Positions 9,155 through 18,647 of a stretch of 36,816 bases of DNA are shown here, one piece after another. This DNA comes from a virus (lineage: Duplodnaviria; Heunggongvirae; Uroviricota; Caudoviricetes). How positions within the stretch are numbered: the stretch's first letter is position 1; each line of letters opens with the position of its first letter. Position numbers and translations under genes: made by a program. The notes below the pieces were generated by a model, which was not told the origin of the DNA, searched no databases, and saw nothing but the letters and a program-made list of their open reading frames with translations. Location: the IMG/VR virus record IMGVR_UViG_2563366829_000018, positions 1-36,816 of that record. One strand, 5' to 3'.

Positions 9155-9470
9155 TGAGTTTTACCGGCACTTCTTCTGCACTGGTTCCGGCATCTGCCCA
9201 GACAACCCCGACCAGCGGATCAGAGCCGCTGTTAGTCAGCTGAACTTTTCCGGACTTCAGATAAACCTTCTTACCCGTTTTCATATCATCCGTTTTCAGC
9301 TTAGGCAGCATAAACACACCTTCGGTCATGCCGTCGCCTGTTTCACCCTGTGGAATATCGGTCAGCGCCACCGCAAAAACATCACCCACCTGCACCAGAT
9401 CTCCGCTGCTGATGGCTGCACTGGCAACAATCGCCACCGTTTTTCCTTCTTCTACAAAATTCTTTGCCAT
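9147..9470 (-). CDS. DUF2190-like phage head protein (putative decoration or assembly protein)
   Basis: Start MAKNFVEEGKTVAIVA preceded by GGAG; immediately downstream of the capsid gene. Confidence 0.55.
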   Translation of the reverse strand: MAKNFVEEGKTVAIVASAAISSGDLVQVGDVFAVALTDIPQGETGDGMTEGVFMLPKLKTDDMKTGKKVYLKSGKVQLTNSGSDPLVGVVWADAGTSAEEVPVKLNV

Positions 9471-9556
9471 AACTGTCTCCGCACAGCCCCGTTCAGGGGC
9501 TGATTTCAGGTACAAAAAAAGCCCTTACGGGCCATCAGAGTTGTTATCTGCGACGT

Positions 9557-11515
9557 TTACGCCGTACATTTCACCAGACCGCGGTGATCAACTGGCGCGA
9601 CACCGGCGTCAATACGCACTTTCGTTGTCACGCCATCCACACTGAAGCCCTCCATCTGATCAATATATGGCGTATCCACACCGTTGAGATAAGCCACTTC
9701 AATCGTATCGGAGCCTTTTGACGCAGCCAGGTAGAAGGTGGTCTGGCTGTTATCATCAAGACGAGGCTCTGCAATAACGGTCGCAAAATCTTTCACCGGG
9801 TTAATAATACCGGCGTTAATGTCAGCCCCCTTGACACTTGAGGAGCGAATGACCTGGTTAGCAACAGACTCCATCGCCGTCGGTACCAGTACGAACGCAG
9901 GACGAATATTCAGATGACGCTCCCCCTCTTTCTGAACGCGCATCAACTGGCGGGCTTTATCCAGCGATGCCACGTCCATTGCAGCGCTCTCCAGTACGTT
10001 TGCATGTTTCGCTTTATCGAACAGACTTACATTATCTGTGGAGATTTTCGGGTTAGACGTCAGAATGGCATAAACCAGATCGGCAATAGTGGATTTCGCC
10101 GCACGGCCCAGTTTCATCGGGACATCGGTCAGCATATTCAGATCATCATTGATAATGGCCTGACGGGTGATACTGAACAGCTCGCCATAGGTCGCCAGTG
10201 CAATAGTGGCCTGTTTATCTCCGGTGGTGACGTATTTATATTCCGCCCCTTCACGCACCTGACGCAGAGCACTGAAGCCCCCCATACCCACACGATGGGC
10301 AATTTTAAAATCAGACAACTGACCTTTCCGCGTCCACTGTTCATAGGTTTCAGGAGCATCTTCCCAGCCCTGCAGAATGGCTTTGTTCGCAACATCCAGC
10401 AGAATATTACCGAAGTCAGACGTACTGTGTGTGAACGCCGCACCGACCATCTGCATCGGGTTATAACTGGAAACCCCAATACCCCGTTCAGTCAGTGACA
10501 TACGGGCATATTCACGCAGGGTCATCCCGTTGTAGACATTATCACGTTCGGTTTTTTCAAATCCGGCACGCGCCATCAGCGCCTGGCGGATCCCGTCCCC
10601 CACAAAATTACCGTTACCGGCATAAATATGAGCCGGTGTATTTTTATTGGATGGCGTGGACTCGCGCCCCATCTCGTTCAACAGCTTTTCGCGGGCCTGC
10701 TCCAGCGAACATTCAGGATCGGCAAGACACTGAGCCTGCAGCGTCTGATAACGCCCGCCAAACATGGCAAACAGATCATTAATACCGTTTACACGCGCTT
10801 TTTGCTCTGCCAGTACCTGCGCACGGATACTGTTTTCATCCACCACGGGTGCTGCTGCCTGCACTGGCGTCCGGGAGGCTGCAGGTTCATCATCCTGTAC
10901 GCGTGGAGCACTGTTGCGTGGCGGAGTAATCATGTTTCGAATGGATTCCGGCATCTTTTTAAATTCCTCTGTACGTTTTGACTGAATACATGCCATTGCC
11001 TTAACGGCTGGCGTCACCTGATCAGCAAATCCATGTGCCAGACATTCGGCACCGGACATCCAGGTCTCATCCGCCAGCATGGCAGCAATTTCATCGGTGG
11101 TTTTCCCGGTTTTCTGTGCATAAGCGGGTAACAGAACCGCCTCAACCTTATCGAGCATGTCGGCATAGGTGCGCATGTCCTCCGCATCACCGCCCGTAAA
11201 GCCAAATGGTTTATGAATCATCATGAAGGTGTTTTCCGGCATAATGACCGGGTTTCCCACCATCGCAATGACCGACGCCATTGACGCCGCCACACCGTCG
11301 ACATAAACGGTAATGGACGCACCATGTGTTTTCAGCGCATTAAAAATGGCTATGCCTTCAAAGACATCGCCACCCGGTGAATTGATATGGAGATTAATGT
11401 GGGTGATATCGCCCAGTGCATTCAGATCACTGATAAACTGCTTCGCTGTAACACCCCAGAAACCAATCTCGTCATAAATATAAATATCCGCGTCACTCTG
11501 GTGACCAGCCTGCAT
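9557..11515 (-). CDS. Fused prohead protease (ClpP/S14 family) and major capsid protein (HK97 fold)
   Basis: N-terminal ClpP-like segment (INSPGGDVFEGIAIFNALK, AASMASVIAM), middle Ala/Gln-rich region, C-terminal capsid-like domain; start MQAGHQ overlaps the portal stop. Confidence 0.8.
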   Translation of the reverse strand: MQAGHQSDADIYIYDEIGFWGVTAKQFISDLNALGDITHINLHINSPGGDVFEGIAIFNALKTHGASITVYVDGVAASMASVIAMVGNPVIMPENTFMMIHKPFGFTGGDAEDMRTYADMLDKVEAVLLPAYAQKTGKTTDEIAAMLADETWMSGAECLAHGFADQVTPAVKAMACIQSKRTEEFKKMPESIRNMITPPRNSAPRVQDDEPAASRTPVQAAAPVVDENSIRAQVLAEQKARVNGINDLFAMFGGRYQTLQAQCLADPECSLEQAREKLLNEMGRESTPSNKNTPAHIYAGNGNFVGDGIRQALMARAGFEKTERDNVYNGMTLREYARMSLTERGIGVSSYNPMQMVGAAFTHSTSDFGNILLDVANKAILQGWEDAPETYEQWTRKGQLSDFKIAHRVGMGGFSALRQVREGAEYKYVTTGDKQATIALATYGELFSITRQAIINDDLNMLTDVPMKLGRAAKSTIADLVYAILTSNPKISTDNVSLFDKAKHANVLESAAMDVASLDKARQLMRVQKEGERHLNIRPAFVLVPTAMESVANQVIRSSSVKGADINAGIINPVKDFATVIAEPRLDDNSQTTFYLAASKGSDTIEVAYLNGVDTPYIDQMEGFSVDGVTTKVRIDAGVAPVDHRGLVKCTA

Positions 11516-11528
11516 CCTGAACCAGGAA

Positions 11529-13037
11529 TTATTCTTCGGACTGGTCGTCGGTGTGCTGCGGCTCCTGTCGTTTCGTTGCGGCACTGCTGCCTCCTTTATC
11601 ACTGGCCGGATCGGTATCAAATACCAGATCCAGCTTGCGGTTTTCATCAATTTCGGCCTTGCGCCGACGTTTGACATCATCCGGATTACGACCACCAGCA
11701 CGTACCCAATCTGATTCTGTCGCCGCTCCACCACGAATCTGGATTTTCCAGGCCTCAGCCTCCTTAACAGGGTCAATCCACGGCATCACTGGTCCGGAAT
11801 ACACCGCGGTATACAGTGAAGAACGGTCAAGATCGCGGGGTAGCCTGATAACACCGGATGCCACAGCCTGTTTCAGCCAGGCACGATACATCGGGCGGGT
11901 GACGGCACCAATAAACCAGTCCTGCAGGATCAGGTAGCCATCAGTAGATTCAACCAGCTCCTGACGCTGGGCGCTGTAAGTGCCGTTATAGTTGCGCGCT
12001 GTACTGGAAAAACTCAGACGACTGCCCGCCGCCACGGCACGCAACTGACCATTACGAAAAGTTTCAAGGTTAGAATTGGGGCGATCCGACTTCACCATTC
12101 CGATTTCTTCGCCGGGTTTCAGATCGTCGTAAATAATGCCTGGCTGAATGGTAAGCTCGCGTTCCTTATCCTTGCTGCCATTACCATCCGGTTCATAGCT
12201 CTGCCCGTCGCCTTTGCGGATGTACATCCCCAGAGCAGCGGCGATCCTTGCTGCAGTCAGCTCAGAATCTTCATACTCTTTCAGGGCACTGAGGCGGATC
12301 AGCACACCGGACAATAAAGACGTCCCGCGCATCTGGTGCAGACGGCGAACAAATTTAAGATGCAGCATTCGCTCTGCATCCACTTCTTTGGTTTCCATCT
12401 GCCGTCCGGATACAGGACGACTTTTATACACCAGATATTTTTCGGGACGCCCCCAGTCATCAACAAACACGCCCTGATTCAGCCTGTTGCTCTCATCACT
12501 GGTCATGGGAATAAAGTCTGGCTCGAGCGCCTCCAGCCAGAAATGAACACCGGCAGAAGGCGTCAGGCTGTTTATGCGCCCGGAAACCATCTGGGCAAAC
12601 ACCTCACCATCGCGCAGCCAGGTACGCAGCATCAGACGTTCCAGCATCGGACGGGTAAACTGCCCGGTGACTTCCGGGCTGACAGACCATTCACTCCATC
12701 GGGTGCGAATCTCCGCTGCCAGATCACGGGCAATGGCCCCATTGCGTAATACCGGATGTGGCTCGACAATAATCCCGTTTTTCCCCACCACCCGTTCTTC
12801 CAGCTTGTCAAATACACCAATAACCAGATCGTGGTTGTTATCAAGGTAACGGGCCTGCTCACGTAACGACACGGCCCCGTACTGGCTTAACTGGTCGGCA
12901 GTTCGGTTCTCCCGCCGGGCTTTGTGTGTCCGCGTCGTTTTTACGGCCTCATAAGCCTGGATCACCGCACGGGAACGCAGCCTTGCCGCTTTCCATCCTG
13001 GTGAAAAAACGCCAATCACATCATCAAGAATTGCCAT
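11529..13037 (-). CDS. Portal protein
   Basis: 502 aa; position between W and the protease/capsid gene; start overlaps the W stop. Confidence 0.85.
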   Translation of the reverse strand: MAILDDVIGVFSPGWKAARLRSRAVIQAYEAVKTTRTHKARRENRTADQLSQYGAVSLREQARYLDNNHDLVIGVFDKLEERVVGKNGIIVEPHPVLRNGAIARDLAAEIRTRWSEWSVSPEVTGQFTRPMLERLMLRTWLRDGEVFAQMVSGRINSLTPSAGVHFWLEALEPDFIPMTSDESNRLNQGVFVDDWGRPEKYLVYKSRPVSGRQMETKEVDAERMLHLKFVRRLHQMRGTSLLSGVLIRLSALKEYEDSELTAARIAAALGMYIRKGDGQSYEPDGNGSKDKERELTIQPGIIYDDLKPGEEIGMVKSDRPNSNLETFRNGQLRAVAAGSRLSFSSTARNYNGTYSAQRQELVESTDGYLILQDWFIGAVTRPMYRAWLKQAVASGVIRLPRDLDRSSLYTAVYSGPVMPWIDPVKEAEAWKIQIRGGAATESDWVRAGGRNPDDVKRRRKAEIDENRKLDLVFDTDPASDKGGSSAATKRQEPQHTDDQSEE

Positions 13038-13255
13038 CAGAACCTCGCCAGCCGGTACCCGGGATGCCCCCGTCGTCGTGTAATCAGAGCCGCAAGGCGG
13101 CGCTCCCACTCCTGCCGTCCCTGCCGGATCTCAGATAAGTTTTCCATGGTCATCTGCTGACCATTAAAGGTGACGGATTTTCCGTCCAGCACCGCCATTT
13201 CAGCTTCCGTATAACGCTGAATCATGGCTTCGATATCATTCTGGTTCATAACCAT
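13037..13255 (-). CDS. W: Head completion / head-tail joining protein W
   Basis: 72 aa; similar to lambda gpW (C-terminal RRRG.PGY); located between terminase and portal. Confidence 0.7.
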   Translation of the reverse strand: MVMNQNDIEAMIQRYTEAEMAVLDGKSVTFNGQQMTMENLSEIRQGRQEWERRLAALITRRRGHPGYRLARF

Positions 13256-15345
13256 CCTCCGGAAGTCAGCCAGGGGTTAACATCGTCAGTTACTGTTTTC
13301 TTCCGTTTTTGTTTTTTAACAGGCGTGGATACCGGTTCCGGTGAGGGTGACGGTTCGGTACTGTCTGGGACACACTCCAGCCAGGTTTCCCGGCTCGCCC
13401 ACTCCGGTGCATCCGGCCAGCGGATCTTTTCGTATCCATGCAGAATGACCAGCGCCTCGGCATACACCATCAGGTCAAAAGCTTCGTTGGCACCGCGACC
13501 CGGCTTACTCCATTTCCCGTCACTGCTCCGCTCTTCATACGTCAGTTCGTCGTAAAACCAGCTCCCCAGCCAGTCAGGGAAATGCACATAGCCTGGACCT
13601 GGCGAGTCACGCCATAACGCGTTATTCACCCGGTCTTTCAGGGCATCCGTCTGAAGAAGCCAGAGCGGCACATCACCTGCGGCCTGCGCCCGGCGGCCCG
13701 TTCGTCCGGTGTTATCAGGGAATGTACGGCTGATCAGTTTTGCGCGCCGGATGCTGTCGCCCTTAAACAGGTAAATACGTTTACCAAGGCCATCACGACG
13801 GCAACGACGCCAGAATTTATAGGCATTATCAGTGACCCCGTCTTCACCGCCGGAGTCCACCGCCATTGCCATCAGTCGCATTTGTTGAGAAGGATCGGAG
13901 GCCAGCGGCCAGCTTTTATGAAAAACATCCGTCAGCAGGACATCCCAGTCTTCCGGATAGCTGGCCGGATCAATTCGCTGGCTCTCCCCGTCGCAGTCAC
14001 TGCGCAATGACTGCGTGATGTTGTAACGATCAATAATCCAGCGTTCGCCACGGCTGCCATAGCCCGTTACCTGAACCACAAAACGGCGATGACGTCCCGC
14101 CTGCACATCCACTGTCGCCACAAGGAAATTAACGCCATCCGGAACACTGCGGGAAGGAACTGGCTCTGCCCGCTGCTCAAGCAGTTCACTTTTTCGTTGC
14201 TCCATGCTGGCACGAGGAAGATAAGGCAATCCCCAGTCGGTGTTGATAACCGCCCTGAGTGTTTCTTCGCTTCCTGTCGCTTCATACTCCTGTTCTGCAG
14301 TCAGTAATTTGTAAACCAGTTGCGCCCAGGTCTGATACGCAGCAGCTGGCCCTTCCATCCAGAAACTGGCGATACGGGAGCGGCGCGGTTCACCGGAAAC
14401 GTTGCCGTTACGATCAATGACCTGACCTTCACGCAACCAGACTCCTGCACTATTGAGCTCACGCTTTTTCTCCGCAGTGATAATGCCGCTGCAGTGCGGG
14501 CAAAGTAGATACGCCGCCTCACTAGCTTTAAAGGGATCCGGTTCATTACGGTAGCCGGTCATGGCATCCATAGCTGGCTGAAAATATTCACCGCAGTGCG
14601 GACATGGCCAGTACCAGCGGCGGCGGTCACCACGATTGTAAAGGGAAAGAATACCAGTCGTCGGTGGCGCTTCATGAGGCGACTTACGTCGCCATTTGCT
14701 GTCGCAGATGTCACGTCCCGGCGAGCTCTCCACCAGAGTCATCCCGGCGGACATAAATGTGGTGGTACGTTTTGAGGCCAGGGAAAAACCATCACCCTCG
14801 CTGTCGATATTCTCCGGAAAACGGTCGTAATCGGTTAAGGCGACAAACCGGTAATCCGACGACGACATAATGTTGACCGAGGGCCAACCAATTTTAAGGA
14901 ACGAGCCATCCCTGAACGTCTTATCATGGACATTATTGTCGTTACGACGTGGACTCATTCTTTTCTTTACCGCCGCACTGCTTCTGAACGTTCTGTCGAG
15001 GCGCTTTTTAGAATGCTCGCGGGCCTTATCTTCGGTCATCTGCACAACGAGCATGTCCGAAGGATCGCAAACGATGGTATAGACAATCCATCCATCGATC
15101 AGACCAATGGTCTTCCCTGTTCGCGCAGGACCAACAAAAATCACCGCATCGTATTCACGCGATGCCAGGCAGTTCATGGGCTCAATGATGTAGGGTGTCA
15201 GTTCAGGATCCCATGGCACCGAGTTACCAGCCCCCTTGGGAACACGCATGAATTTTTTAACAGCCTCCGAAATCGGCATGCGACGTGGTGGGGAAAATCC
15301 TGCCGATATGTCCCTTCCCAAATTTCGGGCTGATGAAAAACCCAT
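13246..15345 (-). CDS. Terminase large subunit (lambda gpA-like)
   Basis: 699 aa; Walker A VGPARTGKT; AGGAGG RBS 5 nt upstream of the ATG. Confidence 0.9.
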   Translation of the reverse strand: MGFSSARNLGRDISAGFSPPRRMPISEAVKKFMRVPKGAGNSVPWDPELTPYIIEPMNCLASREYDAVIFVGPARTGKTIGLIDGWIVYTIVCDPSDMLVVQMTEDKAREHSKKRLDRTFRSSAAVKKRMSPRRNDNNVHDKTFRDGSFLKIGWPSVNIMSSSDYRFVALTDYDRFPENIDSEGDGFSLASKRTTTFMSAGMTLVESSPGRDICDSKWRRKSPHEAPPTTGILSLYNRGDRRRWYWPCPHCGEYFQPAMDAMTGYRNEPDPFKASEAAYLLCPHCSGIITAEKKRELNSAGVWLREGQVIDRNGNVSGEPRRSRIASFWMEGPAAAYQTWAQLVYKLLTAEQEYEATGSEETLRAVINTDWGLPYLPRASMEQRKSELLEQRAEPVPSRSVPDGVNFLVATVDVQAGRHRRFVVQVTGYGSRGERWIIDRYNITQSLRSDCDGESQRIDPASYPEDWDVLLTDVFHKSWPLASDPSQQMRLMAMAVDSGGEDGVTDNAYKFWRRCRRDGLGKRIYLFKGDSIRRAKLISRTFPDNTGRTGRRAQAAGDVPLWLLQTDALKDRVNNALWRDSPGPGYVHFPDWLGSWFYDELTYEERSSDGKWSKPGRGANEAFDLMVYAEALVILHGYEKIRWPDAPEWASRETWLECVPDSTEPSPSPEPVSTPVKKQKRKKTVTDDVNPWLTSGGWL

Positions 15346-15353
15346 TATTCCTC

Positions 15354-15881
15354 CTAGAGACTCTCTCCTTCCTCATCAGGAATTAATTCAGCAGCACAAG
15401 CCTCGTAGGATTTTTCCTGAAGAGTGTATCGCAGGTCATCAATGGCCTGCTGTACAACGCCGACGGCCTGAGGAGTCAGGGCGCAATCGCGTTCAAGAAC
15501 ATCCGGAATTGTCTCCAGAACCTGGACGACAGCCTTTCTCATGGACGAATAGACGATGACTACTTCATCAACTGGGATGAGTTTTCGCTGCTCCTTTTCC
15601 AGCTTGATCCTTTCATTTTCAGACTGGTACCAGTCCTTTCTCTCTTTCGGCTCCATACGGGATGGATCATGAACAGAGTCTGCTGCCTCATGCTTCACAC
15701 TAAACAGGGCGGGCCCGACATGCTGCAGGGCGTAAACGGGGTTCCCCCTGACAGTCGCAGCCACAGGAGTGTTGGCCGCGAGGAGCCGTTTTTTTACTGT
15801 GTCCCGGTGAAGCCCAAAGGCCTCGGCGATTTTAAAAACACTCCAGTAATAAGCATCACCGATCCCGCTCACATTTGACAT
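15354..15881 (-). CDS. Terminase small subunit (Nu1-like)
   Basis: N-terminal HTH, acidic C-terminus; immediately upstream of the large subunit; start could instead be 15893. Confidence 0.75.
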   Translation of the reverse strand: MSNVSGIGDAYYWSVFKIAEAFGLHRDTVKKRLLAANTPVAATVRGNPVYALQHVGPALFSVKHEAADSVHDPSRMEPKERKDWYQSENERIKLEKEQRKLIPVDEVVIVYSSMRKAVVQVLETIPDVLERDCALTPQAVGVVQQAIDDLRYTLQEKSYEACAAELIPDEEGESL

Positions 15882-16039
15882 AAGCAACTCCATCTGGCAG
15901 GTGAAAATAAAGTTTATTTATATATTTCAATTAATTGCAAACTGATCTAATGACAGGGAGAAAAAAATATTGTACAGGTGAAAAGAGAAATAACTTTTAA
16001 TTATCAATAAATTACCAAACATGCTGCCGCCGCCATGGA

Positions 16040-16090
16040 AATGCAAAAACTAGTCTTTTTCCGCGACGCTCCCGCCCCGTGGCAGGCCAC
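16040..16090. other. Candidate cos site (cosN-like)
   Basis: Minus-strand ACGGGGCGGGAGCGTCGCGG closely resembles lambda cosN (ACGGGGCGGCGACCTCGCGGG); about 180 bp upstream of the terminase small subunit, as in lambda. Confidence 0.45.
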
Positions 16091-16401
16091 CCCACCGGGA
16101 GGACCCGTCAGCCTGACAGCTCTGACGAACGTCTGATACAACGCCTTGCATGAATGGCATCGGGATAATCCAGAAAGGCATAGCATCGTGCCCACAAGAA
16201 TCTGTGTAAGTGTCCTGTTTCTTCCACCCCCGCACAGGACTGGCGAGCATGAGAGACAAACCCGCGAACCATAAACGCGGTAAAAACCCGGTGTGCATCG
16301 TTTTTGATTATTCCCGCACACTCGCGCAGAGGAGTCTCCCTGTCGGGCTGCGGTCTCTGTTAATGCAGGAATACGGCGACAATACCGCGCATCAGCAAAA
16401 C

Positions 16402-16869
16402 TTATTTCAGGCACTGAGTGCGGATATATTCCTGCGCCACTTCCAGCTGCTTCTGCATCAGCATCAACCGCTCTCTGAGAGTGAAATAATCCCGTTCAGC
16501 GGTGTCTGCCAGTCGGGGGCCGGTTGCATTATCCACGCCGGAGGTGCCGGTGGCTTCACGCACGGTACCGGAGCAGGTGGCGTTGATCCGCAGGCGCTTA
16601 CGACCAGCGGCAACATCAGCACGCAGAGTTTCATTTTCAGCTCTCGCATCGGCTAATTCCCTCGAGTATTTTGCATCGAGCGCAGCAACATCACGCTGAC
16701 GCTGCTGCATGTCAGCGATGGTGGCGTTCGCCTGCTTCAGCTCACTGACTTTTTTATCACGCTGTTCTTTGTAGGCAATGGCGTTATCACGGTAATGATT
16801 GACCGCCCACGACAGGCAGACGATGGTGCAGATAACCAGAGCATAAATAATCGCGGCGACTCTGCTCAC
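16402..16869 (-). CDS. Rz: Spanin inner-membrane subunit Rz
   Basis: GTG start gives [34 protein letters not shown], near-identical to lambda Rz; GTGA overlap with the endolysin stop. Confidence 0.9.
   Translation of the reverse strand: MSRVAAIIYALVICTIVCLSWAVNHYRDNAIAYKEQRDKKVSELKQANATIADMQQRQRDVAALDAKYSRELADARAENETLRADVAAGRKRLRINATCSGTVREATGTSGVDNATGPRLADTAERDYFTLRERLMLMQKQLEVAQEYIRTQCLK
16464..16649 (-). CDS. Rz1: Spanin outer-membrane lipoprotein Rz1, embedded in the +1 frame of Rz
   Basis: [10 protein letters not shown] lipobox and proline-rich [27 protein letters not shown] match lambda Rz1. Confidence 0.85.
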   Translation of the reverse strand: MRELKMKLCVLMLPLVVSACGSTPPAPVPCVKPPAPPAWIMQPAPDWQTPLNGIISLSESG

Positions 16870-17399
16870 TGCTCTATCCCCCAACAGGCTAATGCGCTTT
16901 CCTGGTCACGACGAATAACTTGCCCATAGCAGTTATTTGAACGTATGCGGCAATCGCGCCCACCATCCTTAATCCACCAGCGAATCGCTTCGCATGCCCC
17001 CTTACGATCACCGGCATTCAGCCGCTTATAAAACGTCGACGGGAAACACTTACCGGGGCCAATGTTGTACGGACAGAATGACGCGATCCCCGCTTTCTGG
17101 GGTTCGGTCAGCGGCACTCTGATGTTTTTCTCCACCCACGCCAGCGCTTTATCACGCTCAATGGCGTTAACCTGGTCGCATTTTTCCTTCGACAACTTCA
17201 TGCCCGGAACGACAGGTTTGCCATCCACCATGATGGCACCACGGCAGATGGTCCAGATGCCGGAACCATCGCGGTATGCCGTTGTGTGGTTACCTTCTTT
17301 TTCATCCAGAAACTGGTCGAGAATATCAGGCGCGGGCGCACCGACGGCAATCAGTGCCAGAACGGCAGCCGACAGGCCGTATCTGATTTTTGCGTTCAT
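16866..17399 (-). CDS. R: Endolysin, T4-lysozyme-like (GH24) with an N-terminal signal-arrest-release segment
   Basis: Weakly hydrophobic Gly/Ala-rich N-terminus followed by a lysozyme-like domain; pairs with the S21-type pinholin. Confidence 0.85.
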   Translation of the reverse strand: MNAKIRYGLSAAVLALIAVGAPAPDILDQFLDEKEGNHTTAYRDGSGIWTICRGAIMVDGKPVVPGMKLSKEKCDQVNAIERDKALAWVEKNIRVPLTEPQKAGIASFCPYNIGPGKCFPSTFYKRLNAGDRKGACEAIRWWIKDGGRDCRIRSNNCYGQVIRRDQESALACWGIEQ

Positions 17400-17462
17400 G
17401 GATATTTATCAGGATTTATCGGTTTCTGCCCACGGACAGGTTTATCTGTTCTGGTCAGTGAC

Positions 17463-17813
17463 TTAAGGTTGTGATTCCGGAGGAGTCTTCAGAGAACCAG
17501 TAATTCTTCCTGGTAGCTTTCCTTTGTAGGTTATCCACACATTCTGCGCCTCTAAAATTACGGGGCGCTTTTCCGGCGACTGCTCATCCCCTTCACATAA
17601 CCCGGCAGCAACATCCAGGAAGACCTGTCTGATGCTCCTTCTGGCTGCTGCCTCATAAAACCCCAGCGCGGCACCTTCAACACGGTCCAGCGAGATGTCC
17701 AGGTCAAAAATTTCACCGTCAAAGCGTTTTTTGTCCCGTAACGCTAAAGTTACCGTAACTTTATTCTCAAAATTGCGGATCCCTTTCACAATCAGTTCAT
17801 AGTTTTGAATCAT
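17463..17813 (-). CDS. DUF1327-like protein (YdfR-like) encoded between holin and endolysin
   Basis: 116 aa; same position as ydfR in the Qin prophage lysis cassette; no recognisable catalytic motif. Confidence 0.5.
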   Translation of the reverse strand: MIQNYELIVKGIRNFENKVTVTLALRDKKRFDGEIFDLDISLDRVEGAALGFYEAAARRSIRQVFLDVAAGLCEGDEQSPEKRPVILEAQNVWITYKGKLPGRITGSLKTPPESQP

Positions 17814-17817
17814 TGAA

Positions 17818-18033
17818 TTACTCTCCCCGCGCAGCCTTACGACGGTCCTCTCTGATTTTGAAATACAGGTTAGTCAGATATGTCAGGAAGCCCAGAACCA
17901 GACTCCCCAGTACACCAATCGCAGCCCACTGTGACGGACTGACCTGATCAAGCCACTGTAAAAACCAGTAGCCAGCACTGCCTGCGGAGGTGCCGTAGGC
18001 AATGCCCGTTGAAATTTTATCCATGGATTTCAT
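17818..18033 (-). CDS. S: Pinholin, S21 family, with dual-start motif MKSMDK
   Basis: [71 protein letters not shown] matches phage 21 S; GGAGGTGAGG RBS. Confidence 0.85.
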   Translation of the reverse strand: MKSMDKISTGIAYGTSAGSAGYWFLQWLDQVSPSQWAAIGVLGSLVLGFLTYLTNLYFKIREDRRKAARGE

Positions 18034-18170
18034 AGCCTCACCTCCGCAGCGAACGGATGGCGTAGTTATAAGGGGAGCGAAAAAGAAAGAATGCGCGATT
18101 GCGCAATATGGTAACGTCAGGGTATTATCCACTGGCTGAATAGATCACTTCACGTTTTTTGTTCCTTGCC

Positions 18171-18198
18171 GCCCGTATCCATATGCGGGCTTTTTTTT
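18171..18198 (+). terminator. Plus-strand-oriented hairpin with an 8-T run (GCCCGTAT..ATGCGGGC TTTTTTTT)
   Basis: Read directly; lies back-to-back with a minus-strand terminator. Confidence 0.4.
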
Positions 18199-18203
18199 GC
18201 ATG

Positions 18204-18235
18204 TAAAAAGGCCCCAACACATGTGCGTGGGGCCT
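18204..18235 (-). terminator. Intrinsic terminator upstream of the lysis cassette (7-bp GGCCCCA stem, then TTTTT on the minus strand)
   Basis: Read directly. Confidence 0.45.
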
Positions 18236-18434
18236 GAGAGTATACATGGTTTCAGTCAACTGCATGGTGCCGTGTGCCTCCCGGTGAATTCAGTACCAGC
18301 ACCTGAATCCGCGATTATCCCATATACCTACTCGCTGATTGCCCCTCCGCACAGGGGGATTCACCATGCCAGTTTCTTTTGACAAACTCCCCGCAAAACA
18401 GACAACTGTCAACCGTCTGAATTGTGAGACATTT

Positions 18435-18459
18435 AAAAAAAGGCCCGCAAAAGCGAGCC
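18435..18459 (-). terminator. Intrinsic terminator just downstream of the tRNA cluster (GGCUCGC-UUUU-GCGGGCC followed by UUUUUUU)
   Basis: Read directly on the minus strand. Confidence 0.5.
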
Positions 18460-18473
18460 GGGAAAAATAAGTC

Positions 18474-18550
18474 TGGCGCGTTGTACTGGATTCGAACCAG
18501 TGACCGATTGCTTAGAAGGCAATTGCTCTGTCCGGTTGAGCTAACAACGC
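18474..18550 (-). tRNA. tRNA-Arg, anticodon UCU
   Basis: 77-nt cloverleaf folded by hand: GCGTTGT acceptor, anticodon loop CTTCTAA, TTCGAAT T-loop, encoded CCA. Confidence 0.85.
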
Positions 18551-18563
18551 AGGGTACAGATAA

Positions 18564-18640
18564 TGGACCACCATCGAGGACTCGAACCCCGCGCAACCAG
18601 CTTCGAAGGCTGGTGCTCTATCCTGATGAGCTAATGGCGG
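18564..18640 (-). tRNA. tRNA-Arg, anticodon UCG
   Basis: 77-nt cloverleaf folded by hand: anticodon loop CTTCGAA, TTCGAGT T-loop, encoded CCA. Confidence 0.8.
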
Positions 18641-18647
18641 TATGTGA

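Noticed and set aside
9914-10981. Plus-strand ORFs of 95-194 aa inside the protease/capsid gene
   Set aside because: Antisense to a well-supported capsid gene
16004-16414. Minus-strand ORFs of 136 and 82 aa, and a plus-strand 148-aa ORF, between Rz and the terminase genes
   Set aside because: Cys/Arg/Gly-rich translations spanning the cos-like site or overlapping Rz out of frame; no RBS; I looked for a Bor-like lipoprotein here and found none
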